DNA of 57,127 nucleotides from Malacoraja senta (taxonomy: Eukaryota): NCBI GenBank assembly GCA_038087875.1, contig JAXLNO010000173.1, positions 310,001 through 367,127 of the forward strand, in the 5' to 3' direction. Under the pieces are notes generated by a model, which made no database searches, was not told where the DNA came from, and was given only the letters and a program-made list of their open reading frames with translations. Below are positions 14,106-25,969 of the stretch, in pieces (position 1 is the first letter of the stretch; the number at the start of each line of letters is the position of its first letter). Both the position numbers and the translations under genes were made by a program.

Positions 14106-14332
14106 CTTGTATCTCTTGTGTTGTAAACTGATGATCCCGTCACATCGATGTAAAAAAAACGTTGTGGCATTGAATATAATTCAATATTATATTATCGAAA
14201 TATCACTGCACACTCACACTTGGAAGGCAGCTATGTCAGAAAGTGAAAACAGTAACCAAATCTTCCAATTTCACTGTGTACCTTTATTTTTCAGAATAAT
14301 TAACTGCCTTCATGTTTTTTTTACTAAAACAG

Positions 14333-14647
14333 GGAAGCCTGAACCACGACTGGTGGGTGGGAAGAACAGATGTTCTGGCCGGGTGGAACTTCTACAAGGA
14401 GACAAGTGGGGGACAGTTTGTGATCAGTACTTCAGCTTGGATGCTGCCGGCGTGGTCTGTGAACACCTACAGTGCGGGGCAGTGGCCGCAACTCCCGGAG
14501 GTGCTCACTTTGGCGAAGGAACCGGCCCTGTGTGGAAGGAAAACTATCGTTGTCTGGGGAACGAGTCCCGATTAGCTGATTGTCCAGTCTCAGCCTGGGA
14601 TCAGATTAGCTGTTCGCACAGAAACGACGCCGGTCTCATCTGCTCAG
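14333..14647 (+). CDS. SRCR receptor: SRCR domain exon 2
   Basis: aaacAG|GGAAG..TCAG|GTGAGT, 315 nt, phase 1-1, 8 Cys; WGTVCDQYFSLDAAGVVCEHLQCG..GGAHFGEG resembles CD163 SRCR5. Confidence 0.95.
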
Positions 14648-15564
14648 GTGAGTCACCAAAGTCCTTTGTGCGGAAAAGTAGAGGTTCTCCGGTCGCAGAG
14701 ATGTTCACAGGAGTGACTTTTCTTAACAATTTAATGAATCTGCCATATTGTGGCAACCGTCTTCGTTTTATTTTCAGAGGGACGTCAGTTGTCTTTCATC
14801 TCTCCCCCACTGGTAGGTAGCGGGGTCATTTCAGTGCTATGACCTGCCGATAGACTGAACTTGAGCGCGTAGTGCAGAATTCTGAAGTTTAGCAATAAAG
14901 ATCTTCCTAGAAAGGGACTAGAACGATGGCGATCTCGGCGATCGGATTCTAATTATCGACATGCCACTGAAATACACAGGCACTCAATCTCTCCATAGAT
15001 GCTGCCTGTGCCGCTGAGTTACTCCCGCATCCTGTGCCTATCTTCCGTGTAAACCAGAATCTGCAGTTCCTTCCTACATATAAATAAATGATATTTGCAG
15101 CACCAATGTGTCATGGGTTTCACTTTGGATGCGCGATTAGACGCTTTGTGACCTTAAAGTGGGCGAGTACGAGGAGAGACTGGCACGGTTTCGCGGGTTT
15201 TCAATGTAGAATTAGAAACGGGAAATCCATTATTTAACGAGTTTTTTTGACTCACTGAACACTTACCATTACTGATAGAGAACAAAAATAAAGGAACACT
15301 TCCAAAAGACACCGCCCACTTTCTGGAAAAGCCACGTGCGAGTCTCGCCGAGCGTTTTGCATTCAGTTCTGATCAGTATATTAGCTATTTGATGAATGGG
15401 TGACTATCGTTTACTGGTGTTTCTTCAATAGACTGTTGTTTTTCTTGTTGCTGGACCCGGCTCTCTATGTTGGACACATATATTACTCGGTGTGCTTTTC
15501 CGTGTACGCAGAGGAAAGTGACCGGTGCTGTTTATCTGCCGAAACGACATGTGGTTTCTTGGTT

Positions 15565-15750
15565 GTTAAAGAAGGAACTGCAGATGCTGGAAAATCGAAG
15601 GTACACAAAAAAATGCTGGAGAAACTCAGCGGGTGCAGCAGCATCTATGGAGCGAAGGAAATAGGTAACGTTTCGGGCCGAAACGTCTGAAGAAGGGTTT
15701 CGGCCCGAAACGTTACCTATTTCCTTCGCTCCAGCATTTTTTTGTGTACC
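15565..15750. mobile_element. Short Penelope-derived hammerhead element with internal inversion
   Basis: TSD TGTGGTTTCTTGGTT at 15550-15564 and 15751-15765; a minus-strand copy followed by a plus-strand copy with hammerhead core at 15687-15714. Confidence 0.85.
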
Positions 15751-15769
15751 TGTGGTTTCTTGGTTTCCT

Positions 15770-16215
15770 GGTTTCCCGGTCCTCAAAAATATTCCAAGTG
15801 GAATTTAAACTGGAGGTGGCGGAGGGTGGACTTCAGCAAAAAAGGGTTCTTGGAGGAAGAGCTACCTTAAATTTAGTTGCGTCTGGTTGGGTAACTATGG
15901 TAGGATGAAGACTATTCCATGCTTTAATTGTGCGGGGGAAGAATGAATTGCTTTACACATTTGTCTTGGTAGCAGGTATCTCAAATTGGATCGAATGCCC
16001 TCGACTGCTCCTAATAATTTTGGTGTAGGTTTGGTAATCTATATCGAACTCAACATTTAACATTTTGTAAAAGCAGGTCAAACGGTGAGCTTTACGTCTG
16101 TCTTGGAGAAGGTTCCATCCCAGTGAATTCAGAAGTTTGGTAATGTGGGCAAGATGTGGGCAACTGTGTCAGCAAACAACCCTTACAACTAGTAGCTGAC
16201 CAGCTACATGTTGAT
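15770..16215 (-). mobile_element. CR1-group LINE 3' fragment (NSFFPRTI type)
   Basis: Minus strand encodes ..CFYKML..NSFFPRTIKAWNSL..; a near-identical 3' end sits at 8525-8890, interrupted by another repeat. Confidence 0.75.
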
Positions 16216-16275
16216 AATCTATGGAATGTTTTGGCTTCAGTTTCAAAATTTCAGTCAACCTGTTTCGTTTTGTAG

Positions 16276-16590
16276 ATGAGAGTTGGTCTCTGAGACTGAG
16301 CAATGGGGGCAGCCGCTGCGACGGCCGAGTGGAGGTTTACCACAATGGCAGCTGGGGGCGAGTACAGGATCGCTCCTGGAACATCAATGATTCCAACGTG
16401 GTCTGCAGAGAGTTGGGCTGCGGCTCCGCCATATTCGCCTACAATTCCTCAAGGTACGGAGAGAGTGAGCTGCCCGTGTGGGTGAACGACGTTCACTGTG
16501 AAGGGGACGAGGCGCAACTCCGAAATTGCAGCACATTTACCATGAATCCGTTTCTCACTGACAGCAACGGCGTTGGGGTCCTGTGTTCAG
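16276..16590 (+). CDS. SRCR receptor: SRCR domain exon 3 (6-Cys variant)
   Basis: ttgtAG|ATGAG..TCAG|GTGAAT, 315 nt, phase 1-1; LRLSNGGSRCDGRVEVYHNGSWGRVQD; lacks Cys2 and Cys7. Confidence 0.93.
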
Positions 16591-17644
16591 GTGAATATTG
16601 TAACAACGTTTGAAATTGAAAAATGATAAACTTTGTGAAAGATTAATAATGAGAAGGAAGTTCGAGTTGTAGAGATATGTAGATCGGCATCTGGCTCTTG
16701 GGCTCATAATTTCCGCGCCAATAATCAAATCCCCTTTTACACGATGTCCATTGTGTTCTCCCGACAACTGCCACCCCCAGACTACAACTCACTTACACAC
16801 TGGGGACAATATACAATGGCAGGCGATGGTGAGGAGTGGAGCGTGTGAAGGAGATGTCTACACAAGAAACGCCCTGGTGTGGTGTGGATCAACACCGGGG
16901 GCATTTCCGAGGGACAGCTCGTGGTTTTGCCGGGCTGACTCCAGACGGGGATTTCGGGTCCTGCTTCCAATGAGCAATTCTAGGCGAGCGGGGTTTATCC
17001 CGGGCGTCATCACCCCGGTCTCACCGAGTTCTCCTGACCCCCATTGAGAACGGACAGTCGGGCGCTTTGACAACAAGCCACAGCGCCATGTTGGTCGCTT
17101 CCCCACCGTCTGGTCCACCCCTTCGCCTGACAGCCCTGGCGGCTGAGCGCCCCCCAGTGGAGACATGAGGATCCCATGGCCCAGACCCTGAAAACATCCG
17201 GTTTTATATGAATAATCTACAACCACCGAGTGACATGGGCGATGCTTGCCACTGTGAACCGAGTGTGGTCCTGAGGGCAGTTCCTCGAACCAAGAAGTCG
17301 GTCGCTAGGGTCACCCAGCTGGGATGGTCGTGATGTCCATGTATGTATTTCTGCAGGGTTTGAAGTCGGAGAGCCAGTCTGTGGGTTCAGACCGTAACCA
17401 ACACGCCGAGTCTTCCAGCATTTTATGTTTCAACTTCTACTTTAGATTTTCACTGAGCAAAATCTGAGCTAAATGTAAAATTCTTTGTAAATATTATTGC
17501 TCAAGCAGATTCAGAAATTCTGACCAAGTGACAGACATAATGTGCAATGACATAGGGGACCCCCTGTTTTATCTTCTTCCCCTCAGTTATCGGGCTTATG
17601 AACGGTCCTTCCTTACGCTAGGATACTGTCCGATTCACCTCCGC

Positions 17645-18062
17645 CCTGGAATTTAGAAGGATGAGAGGGAATCTTAGTGAATCATGTAAGATTGTTAAGG
17701 TTTGTACACGCTAGAGTCAGGAAACATGGTCCCGATGTTGGGGGAGTCCAGAACCAGGTGCCACAGTTTCAGAATAAGGTGTAAGCCATTTAGAAAGGAG
17801 ATGAGGAAACACTTTTTCACACAGAGAGTTGTGAGTCTGTGGAATTCTTTGCCTCAAAGGGCGGTGGTGGCCAGTTCTCTGGAAACTTTCAAGAGAGAGC
17901 TAGATAGGGCTCTTGAAGTTAGCGGAGTCAAGGATCTGGGGAAAAGGCAGGAACGGAGTACTGATTGTGGATGATCAGCCATGATCACATTTAATGGCGG
18001 TGCTGGCTTGAAGGGCCGAATGGCCTACTCCTGCACCCATTGTCTATTGTCTATTGTCTACC
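17645..18062 (+). mobile_element. CR1 LINE 3' end nested in another LINE 3' UTR
   Basis: LEFRRMRGNL..FFTQRVVSLWNSLPQ plus CTATTGT tail. Confidence 0.85.
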
Positions 18063-18275
18063 CCATTGAGGACTTTGGACTTTGTTGATAGAACTGGTGC
18101 ACTACGAAGCGGAGTATTCTGTATTTTCCCGTTGCTCTATCTATTGTACTTGAGTTTGGCTTGCTTGTATTTATGTATAGTATCAATTGATCCGATTAGA
18201 TTGGATGCAAATGTTGATCATTGTACACAATAATAACCTAAACCTTTGATCAACTCCCTTGTTGTTATTCAACAG

Positions 18276-18590
18276 ACCATCGCCGATTACGACTGACCGG
18301 GGCTGGAAGTACATGTGCTGGACGACTGGAGCTTTATTACCACGGGTCTTGGGGCACAGTTTGTAATGACTTATGGGATCTGCTTGATGATAACGTGGTC
18401 TGCGGGCAGCTGGGTTGTGGATATGCTTTGCAAGATAAACCTCTTGGATACTGTGGAGGAAGTCGTGGTCCTATTTGGTTGGATGAAGTAAGATGCTCGG
18501 GTAACGAATCATATCTCTGGGAGTGTCCCTCCGCACCACTGGGTGAACACGATTGCAGTCATAAAGAAGACGTGACAGTGAAGTGTTCTG
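18276..18590 (+). CDS. SRCR receptor: SRCR domain exon 4
   Basis: caacAG|ACCAT..TCTG|GTAAGG, 315 nt; RLRLTGAGSTCAGRLE..WGTVCND.W..VVCGQLGCG..GPIWLDEVRCSGNES.LWEC..HDCSHKED. Confidence 0.95.
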
Positions 18591-18809
18591 GTAAGGGTAC
18601 CTTCAATCTGCTGATTCCCTGCAGCATGGGATGGGAGGATTCATTCCAGAGATGTAATAAATAATTTACAGCATCCAAAGGGAGCATTGACTGCGGGTAA
18701 CGGTGCAGAGGCTTCACTCTGAGGAAGTTGTCACCCACTCAACATCAAACTCATTCCGCGCGCACCTCTGTTGATTTCTCTATCAGCAGTTTCCTAGGTC
18801 CACGGAAGT

Positions 18810-19320
18810 TAGAACAAACAACAGTGCGGCGCACAAACAGGCCTTTCCGCCCACAATACTGCGCCGCACATAATGCCAAGTTGAACTAATCTGCTCTGCC
18901 TATCCTTGTTCTTCCCTTCTATTCCCCGCATATGTATATGCCGATGGAAAAGCATTCTAAATGTTAATATCCTATCTCCCTCCACGCCAACCCTGGCACC
19001 ATGTTTCAGGCACCCGCCACTCCCTGTGAGAAACTTGGCACGGACTTCTTCTTTAATCTTTGCGTCTCTCGCCGTAAAGCTCTGCCCTCTCGTCATTAAA
19101 AAATTACACCTCTATTCAAGCTGTTCTGCGCCCACTCCAAAGCCTCCACATTCTTCCTGGAACGGGGCGACCAAAACTGTACACAGTACAGCAAATGCGC
19201 CCTAACCAAATGAAAGCTGAAACGTGAATTCCTGACGCTTATACTCATTTCCCGGACAGAGGATGGCAAGCATACCTAACGCCTTCTTTACAACTCTACC
19301 TCATTGTGTGCCTACAGTCG
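18810..19320 (-). mobile_element. Old CR1 LINE 3' fragment
   Basis: Degenerate TRG..K and YCVQFWSP-type sequence on the minus strand, with a CR1-type 3' UTR. Confidence 0.7.
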
Positions 19321-19568
19321 TCTACAATTCCAGAAACGTCTTTCATAAAACGCACGTTTGCGTTGAATAGCTACTCCCTCACATTATACCCTGCAATGTG
19401 GGCATCTATCAATGAGGAACATATCCCCTTTCATACATTCAAATGCATTTGGATATACAAATAATTTAGATTTGGATTTAAATTGTATTTGAATATACAA
19501 ATAATTGTAGTTACAAGCTCAAGTTCACGCATTTTTATCTTTCGGGAAACGGAAGGGTAGACCATCCA

Positions 19569-19701
19569 TCAGTCTGAAGGATTTCGGCCCGAAACGTTGC
19601 CTATTTCGTTCGCTCCATAGATGCTGCTGCACCCGCTGAGTTTCTCCAGCACTTTTGTCTACCTTCGATTTTCCAGCATCTGCAGTTCCTTCTTACACAA
19701 T
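19569..19701 (+). mobile_element. Short Penelope-derived element
   Basis: TSD GTAGACCATCCA at 19557-19568 and 19702-19713; hammerhead core with a small deletion. Confidence 0.85.
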
Positions 19702-20740
19702 GTAGACCATCCAGATTCCCCGATTATGTACTTGATTTTATACTTATAATGGGTATTATGACTGTGAAACGTCATTTCGACGTGCTGGAAAATTATTTTT
19801 TCTCATGAAATTTTGCCAATTTCACTTTCAGCCTTTAACTCTCGAAATTATTCTCCCATATATTTTCACAATTGGATTTCTCGTATTGCGTGCTGTGATT
19901 TTAATCATGATTTTACATAACCTACCCATTGAAACCGATAGATCCAAATTATATGCCATGCAGCTTCTAAACGCCATGTCCGCTCTGTGGTACACGCATG
20001 TTTCAAGAACATTTCCTAGACCGATGAACATTTTGAAACACATCTGACCCCCAAATACTGAGAGATAGGAACGACAGTTGTCATACATTCAGAGAGAAAC
20101 ATCGAAACACCTAACGATGATAAATTCGTTATTGAGTGCGGTGGAACTTCAAATTCCCAGGCGGAGATGGAACGTGGTACCTCGAGCTTCTGTTGCGACG
20201 GAGTTTACAATGAAGGAGGTCACAGAGAGAAGGGACAGAGTATGAGTGGGAATTTGGTGGCGGATTAGAAGAAAGGACCAGCGGGTCGCGAAGTGAGCGT
20301 TCCCTTTGAAGTGTTAAACCGTGGGGTTTCTTCACGAACGATTCTAGAATCATTGACCAATTATTGCCGTTGTTATTTCTGGAATCACTGCTCGCGTCCC
20401 CTCAACATGGACAAGAACAATGTTTCCTCGTTCATTTAACTTCCATCCCACCAGTATCCACTTTCAATGTTTGATCTTCCGCAATTTCCCACATCTCCAA
20501 CAACATTTCACCGCCAGATGCATATTCCCCTCCCCTCCACTTTCGGTAATTTGACTGAACAGCTCACTTTGTGAATACCTGACGCAGTTATTTTCCCAAC
20601 TAACCCTCGCTGATGAATGTTTTCCGGCGATATGTTGTTTTGATAAACTAGATGCGCCTTTTTGTTCAGTGACAAAGAATCTTTGCTGGCTGTTGATGGA
20701 AACATTGTGATAATCTATATATTACCCGCTTCGTTCACAG

Positions 20741-21058
20741 AGCACAAAGAGATGCGCCTGGTGAACGGTGGGCATCGATGTGAAGGGAGAGTGGAAGTGC
20801 GGTACAACGGGACATGGGGGACAGTGTGCTCCGAGAAGTTTCACAGAAAGGAAGCGGGAGTGATCTGTAAACAAGTAAAATGTGGACCTCTCAAATCTAT
20901 TTATTATGGCGTCTGGAAATATGGAGCGGGTTCTGGGCCCATATGGCTCGATGAGATGGAATGTAATTCGCACGAGTCGACGCTTTGGCAGTGTCAGTCA
21001 GATCCTTGGGGGAAACACAACTGTCGCCACGGGGAGGATGTAGGTGTTGCATGTGAAG
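20741..21058 (+). CDS. SRCR receptor: SRCR domain exon 5
   Basis: tcacAG|AGCAC..GAAG|GTAACA, 318 nt; MRLVNGGHRCEGRVEVRYNGTWGTVC..GPIWLDEMEC..WGKHNCRHGEDVGVAC. Confidence 0.95.
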
Positions 21059-21307
21059 GTAACACAAGAAAGACATCATATGGCGGCTGACATATTAAAC
21101 CTGAATGTATAAAACCGTCAGCATCCACCTCTTCTCCACAGATGCCGAAATGCCAGAGAAATCCAGTGGAAAGGCCTGTGACGAAGGAAATGAATCTCAA
21201 TCTCGCCGTTTACCAGGCGAGTCATCTTATTAATTTTAGCATCATCCTGACGTCAATTCCGCATGTGTATTTAACGCATAATAAGTGATTATTTTTTAAC
21301 TTGACAG

Positions 21308-21619
21308 ATTTACCACTGCGGCTTCATGGCGGCAGCAACAATTGCTCCGGAAGGGTTCAGTTATTGTTCAACAACAGCTGGGGCACAGTGTGTGATGATT
21401 CCTGGGATGTTGCCGATGCCAATGTCGTCTGCAGACAGTTGGGATGTGGCGCTGCTCGTTGGACTCCAGGAGCGGCTCCCATTGCCCCAGTCTCCGGGGA
21501 TATCTGGCTGGATGAAGTCAAATGCACAGGAAGTGAATCATTCCTATCCCGTTGTCTGGCTTCACCGCTCGGTCAGCATGACTGTGATCACAAGGAAGAT
21601 GTCATTGTTATTTGTTCCG
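21308..21619 (+). CDS. SRCR receptor: membrane-proximal SRCR domain exon 6
   Basis: tgacAG|ATTTA..TCCG|GTACGT, 312 nt; LRLHGGSNNCSGRVQ..WGTVCDDSWD..IWLDEVKC.GSES..HDCDHKED. Confidence 0.95.
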
Positions 21620-21753
21620 GTACGTCTTGTTCGACAGATTCCTGGATCATTATAACATTTTAAAATCATAATTAAATGTGATTTTTAGTTTCTTTAATGC
21701 AGAAAACCTAATTATATTAAGTTGATAAAATGTGTTTGCAATAATGTTCACAG

Positions 21754-21789
21754 GTCCAGTTTTGACTCCCACTGGCTCCAGCATTTCAG
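21754..21789 (+). CDS. SRCR receptor: Pro/Ser/Thr stalk micro-exon (GPVLTPTGSSIS)
   Basis: tcacAG|GTCCA..TCAG|GTATTT, 36 nt, phase 1-1, keeps the frame. Confidence 0.7.
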
Positions 21790-22445
21790 GTATTTATTAT
21801 TGATGCGATGTTGATGTTTAGAATTTCAATCTTTGTTGACAATGCTGATACTCGCTTGGTAAGATTTGCTAATTACTAAAGTACACGATGGATAGTTTAC
21901 ACATTGTTTAGCCCAGTATTCGAACCAGTCTTGTAAACTTCTAAAACTGTGTGTCCAACTCCAGCCAAAATATCTTTGTGACGTCACAGAATGCGGACGT
22001 CCGCATTGTTGTCTGACCTCGACACCCCCAATAAAGTGGCGATCAGCTGCCTCAATCAAAGGCGGCAGTTGGTAGAATTTCTATGCGCTTTTCGGTTAGG
22101 ATTACTGATTTTAGAGTAGCGGCTATTAATGAATTCGTATCATATGTTGGAACCAAGATAAGTTGTGACGTTGAGAAGAATTTGTCGGTGTCATTATTCC
22201 TAACTGACGGTTGCATTTCGAGTCAGTGGAGAAAAGGGGTCGCTCTTTTATAAAGTATTGTCGAAATACCCCTGATGACTTACTCTTAGTGCATATCGTA
22301 CATGTTCGGCCCTTTGTAACAAGCATCATCCTGAGCAAAACGATGTTAACATTTAGGACATGCACTTCTTGGTGTCAGTTTTCCTCTGATTTGGATTTTA
22401 TGACACCGGGTGTGTGCCGAGCTCTGTGGATACACATTATGTTAG

Positions 22446-22487
22446 AATATAATTATGTATCTGCTAGTTGGATACAGGGCGCCACTG
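22446..22487 (+). CDS. Possible second stalk micro-exon (EYNYVSASWIQGAT)
   Basis: 42 nt, phase 1-1, strong donor CTG|GTAAGG but a weak pyrimidine tract. Confidence 0.35.
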
Positions 22488-23147
22488 GTAAGGAATCAGG
22501 ACTTTCCAATATGTTCTGTATTCATCCCGTTCTGCCCAGCACGACAGAGAATTCCGTTGATTTCACCACATCTCTTTGTGCCGTCATAACCTCTGTGTAG
22601 TGGTCATCGGCAGGAAAATGTAAAACAAAACGTCAACGGCAGAGCCCTAATTATGAGTGTTATTGCTTGTCTTGTTTTCATTAAACTAATTCAGACTCGT
22701 CTCCGAAAATGTATCCTATTCGAGTTCCGCTATCGCGAGATGCTTGGTGATGATCATTGAATCACACAACCTATTTGCAAACGTGGCTAATCTGGGGATA
22801 TTTTTATGTATTCTTGATCGTTCCAAACAGAATTGTGAGTGGAAATCAAAATAACTTGCTTCTGTCGAGTTTGTCCTCCATGGCATGAGAAATCACGCAG
22901 CCTGCAGCCAATGGGGATCACTATGCAAGGGATAGTCCTGATAAACCAGGCCTGATTGAGAATTAGTATTTTTATTGGTTTCCACTCACGTGTTAATCTG
23001 CTGCAATGCCCCAGAGGATTATTGGGAACATTCGTGGCGAAGGAAGATGCACAATCAGAGGTGAAAATTAATCAAAGTTCGCTGCGCCTGCTTTAACTAT
23101 GGAGCTACAACGTCTGTTATGAAGTTATCCCTGAATTTGTATTTCAG

Positions 23148-23264
23148 TGTTGGGGAATAAGATGCCCTCTATGATTGTTGTCGCCTGTATAACCCTTGGA
23201 ATCGTCCTCATCGGTGAATTACTCGCACTGATGATGATATCACGGAGACGGGCAGCAAAAAGAG
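23148..23264 (+). CDS. SRCR receptor: transmembrane exon
   Basis: tttcAG|TG..AGAG|GTGAGG, 117 nt; hydrophobic IVVACITLGIVLIGELLALMMI followed by basic stop-transfer SRRRAAKR. Confidence 0.9.
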
Positions 23265-24020
23265 GTGAGGTTCAACTTCACACAATTATTGTTCCGGATA
23301 GTATTTCACAACTCGGTGAGACTCCGGTTCCAACCACTTTTCCCAATGTTCTTGCTTTATTAAATAAGTATATTTCGTAACTCTTTAAGGGGTTCTATTC
23401 GAATTCTCCATTTGTAGTAATAGAATGGAAAGGGTAATGGTTTCTTGTTGGATGCCTGCTCGATTGGTCACGTGACCCTCGTTCAAATATTTGTTCAACA
23501 TTTGGCTCATTTCACTGATGCGAACCCGCTGCAGAACCTCGAACATTCTGATTAGATTCTATTCATCACATCGAGATGTTGCAATTTCCTCGCGTTTAAT
23601 GAACTAGGACTTCCTTATTCCCCATCTCTTAACAATCATTTGATGCAACGCAATCCTTATCTCTCACTTATCTGTCACTTCCTAAATTGACAAACCTGCG
23701 AAACTTTTATTTTCTCCTCACCGTCCGCCACACTGCTGCTATCTGCAAAAACCTAGCAACGCCACCCAGAATGTAATCAGCGTCAACGTGAGGAAGTCCT
23801 ACTGACTCAGCATGCTTTAGATCTTCCTGGTGTTAATATCATTAGCTCGTTTATGCAATTAGACATTAGTCCGTCCACCGGGATTCTTCGATGTTTCTGC
23901 TCACCAACACTTTACCTTGATTATCAACGCGGTACCATTTTGCATCTTGTTCACAAAGGTTGAACTGTTAAATTCAAGTCTTGCATGTCAGTAAGTTAAA
24001 CCCAACCGTTTCTCCGGCAG

Positions 24021-24128
24021 CTGCAGATATTAGTGGCAGGGGATCACCGATCGGCTTTTACCAGGCAATTTATGAAGAGATTGAGGATTTTCCTGCTGAC
24101 AATAATTTCAGCCAGACACATGATTCGG
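24021..24128 (+). CDS. SRCR receptor: cytoplasmic exon 1 (FYQAIYEEIE)
   Basis: ggcAG|CT..TCGG|GTAAGT, 108 nt, phase 1-1; an alternative in-frame AG lies 6 nt downstream. Confidence 0.85.
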
Positions 24129-24624
24129 GTAAGTATTTGCACCTGACATCCACTTTTGAAAGGATAAATGTGGCCTCATTTCCAAAAATCGCATTAATGA
24201 TCACTTAATAAAGAGAAAACAAAAACAACAGATACGTCATGCAATAAAAACAATCTGCTGGAGGATCTCAGCGGTCAGGCAGAATCTATGACGGGAAACG
24301 GGCAGAGGGGCTTTGGTGTCGGGACCCTTCTTCAAGAGGACCACGGGGAGGCAGATAATAGAAAGAAGCGAGGGGAAGAGGTGGGGCAAGATCTGAAAAA
24401 TGAGAGGTATATCCATACGGAGGGGGGGGGGGTAATTTGCAGATGAGTGAATTTGGGGGAGAAGAGTGGAGGTCGACACCAAGGCTGGAGGTGATAAGCG
24501 GAGACATGGAGAAGTCAAAGGGCGGCAGAAGTTGGAATCAGAAGAGAAAGAAAAGTGCAAGTAAAATATGGAACCTGAAATTGGAGAGTTTAATAACTGT
24601 CGCTTGTGCTGTGTTGACTTTTAG

Positions 24625-24735
24625 TCTCTGGTTCCATTGATTCCATCAATCAACTCGAATATTACACCAGCGACCCTCTGGATGGTTCTCTTCTTGCACA
24701 AGAACATCCCGAAGGAAACTCCTCCAACGTTCACG
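24625..24735 (+). CDS. SRCR receptor: cytoplasmic exon 2 (SIDSINQLEYYTSD..)
   Basis: ttttAG|TC..CACG|GTTGGT, 111 nt, open in phase 1-1; too short for the ORF track. Confidence 0.7.
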
Positions 24736-25177
24736 GTTGGTACACATTTTTCTTTTTCTTTTTTCCTAATTTTATTTCATTCTGCCTGTGATCAGAAACG
24801 AACATAGAAATGTGCGCGAAAATGTCCGCCGAGAAATGAGTGGGAAAAGATCTCAAGGTGTTGGAAGAGATTTGCTTTCCGAGAGAACAGTGATCGAATT
24901 TGAATTTGAAGAACAACCTCTCATCTGTAACCAGCTGTGTGATTGAACGAATCATTCAATGTTTCTCCTTTGACACACAATGCGTTGTAGGCCTTGCTGT
25001 GTGAAATGAATGCCCAGGCTTGATGCGCGATTAATTAGTTCATCGCCACAAGACGACTCAAGATCCTCTCTCCTTCCAAATCCCCATTCACACAATCAAC
25101 AGAATCTCTCATCAGGCGGAGCTTGCTGTACAATATTGACTTTCAGGACCATAATTCTGGCTTATGCTTCCTCCTAG

Positions 25178-25309
25178 ACCTGGTTCCTGACGACTATGAC
25201 GATACCGAGAGTAAAACCATTGCTTCTCCGGGCTGTCAGTTCTCGATAGGCGCTGGCGACGATGACCTTCTGAAGATCACAGTTGCCGGCGATGATGTCG
25301 ACAATGACG
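25178..25309 (+). CDS. SRCR receptor: cytoplasmic exon 3 (DLVPDDYDDTE..)
   Basis: tcctAG|AC..GACG|GTGAGT, 132 nt; the YDD motif is typical of WC1/SCART tails. Confidence 0.85.
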
Positions 25310-25345
25310 GTGAGTTCAGTCTCTTCCATCACACAGTAACCGGGC

Positions 25346-25537
25346 CGAAACCCTTCTTCAGACTGCCTGTGATCAGCACCCTTGCAGCACCTATTGGGGT
25401 CGATGATCAGTCTGAAGAAGGGTTTCGGCACGAAACGTTGCCTATTTCCTTCGCTCCATAGATGCTGCTGCACCCGCTGAGTTTCTCCAGCATTTTTGTG
25501 TACCTTCCATTTTCCAGCATCTGCAGTTCCTTCTTTA
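25346..25537 (+). mobile_element. Short Penelope-derived hammerhead element with inverted stub and captured host exon sequence
   Basis: TSD ACACAGTAACCGGGC at 25331-25345 and 25538-25552; inverted stub to 25365; 25379-25407 matches 26066-26094. Confidence 0.9.
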
Positions 25538-25969
25538 ACACAGTAACCGGGCATCTGTGTGGAAAATCGTTCCACGGGTTGAGTTTTTCTGTATTCACTT
25601 CCGTGCTTCAAAGTTTTCATGAAATAAAAAACAATGTTCCGAGAAAGCAGCCCACGAGCTGTTCTCACTCCAACAAGGTGCCACTCCCGACTGTAATGTC
25701 GACCACATGACTATCAGATATTGCACGTTCATGTCGGCTTTTGTTTTCCATATACTGTGTTGTAAACCTGCACTTGAATGGAGGTATAAAACAGAAACCA
25801 TTCCCAGTCACCGTGCACCAACAACGGGCCCTTTCCCAAAACAGAATTATACACAATCCGTCCTGATGATTATTCCAATGTCGCCGATCATCCATAATTG
25901 GACAAACCTCGCCGTGCGATGCCGTCTCTCACGCACTGAGATTCCTGTCATTCTTTATCACTCCCGCAG

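Noticed and set aside
24050..24090. YQAI/YEEI as an ITAM or ITIM
   Set aside because: The tyrosines are only 4 residues apart (an ITAM needs YxxL/I-x6-8-YxxL/I), and the Y-2 residues (G, A) do not fit the ITIM consensus.
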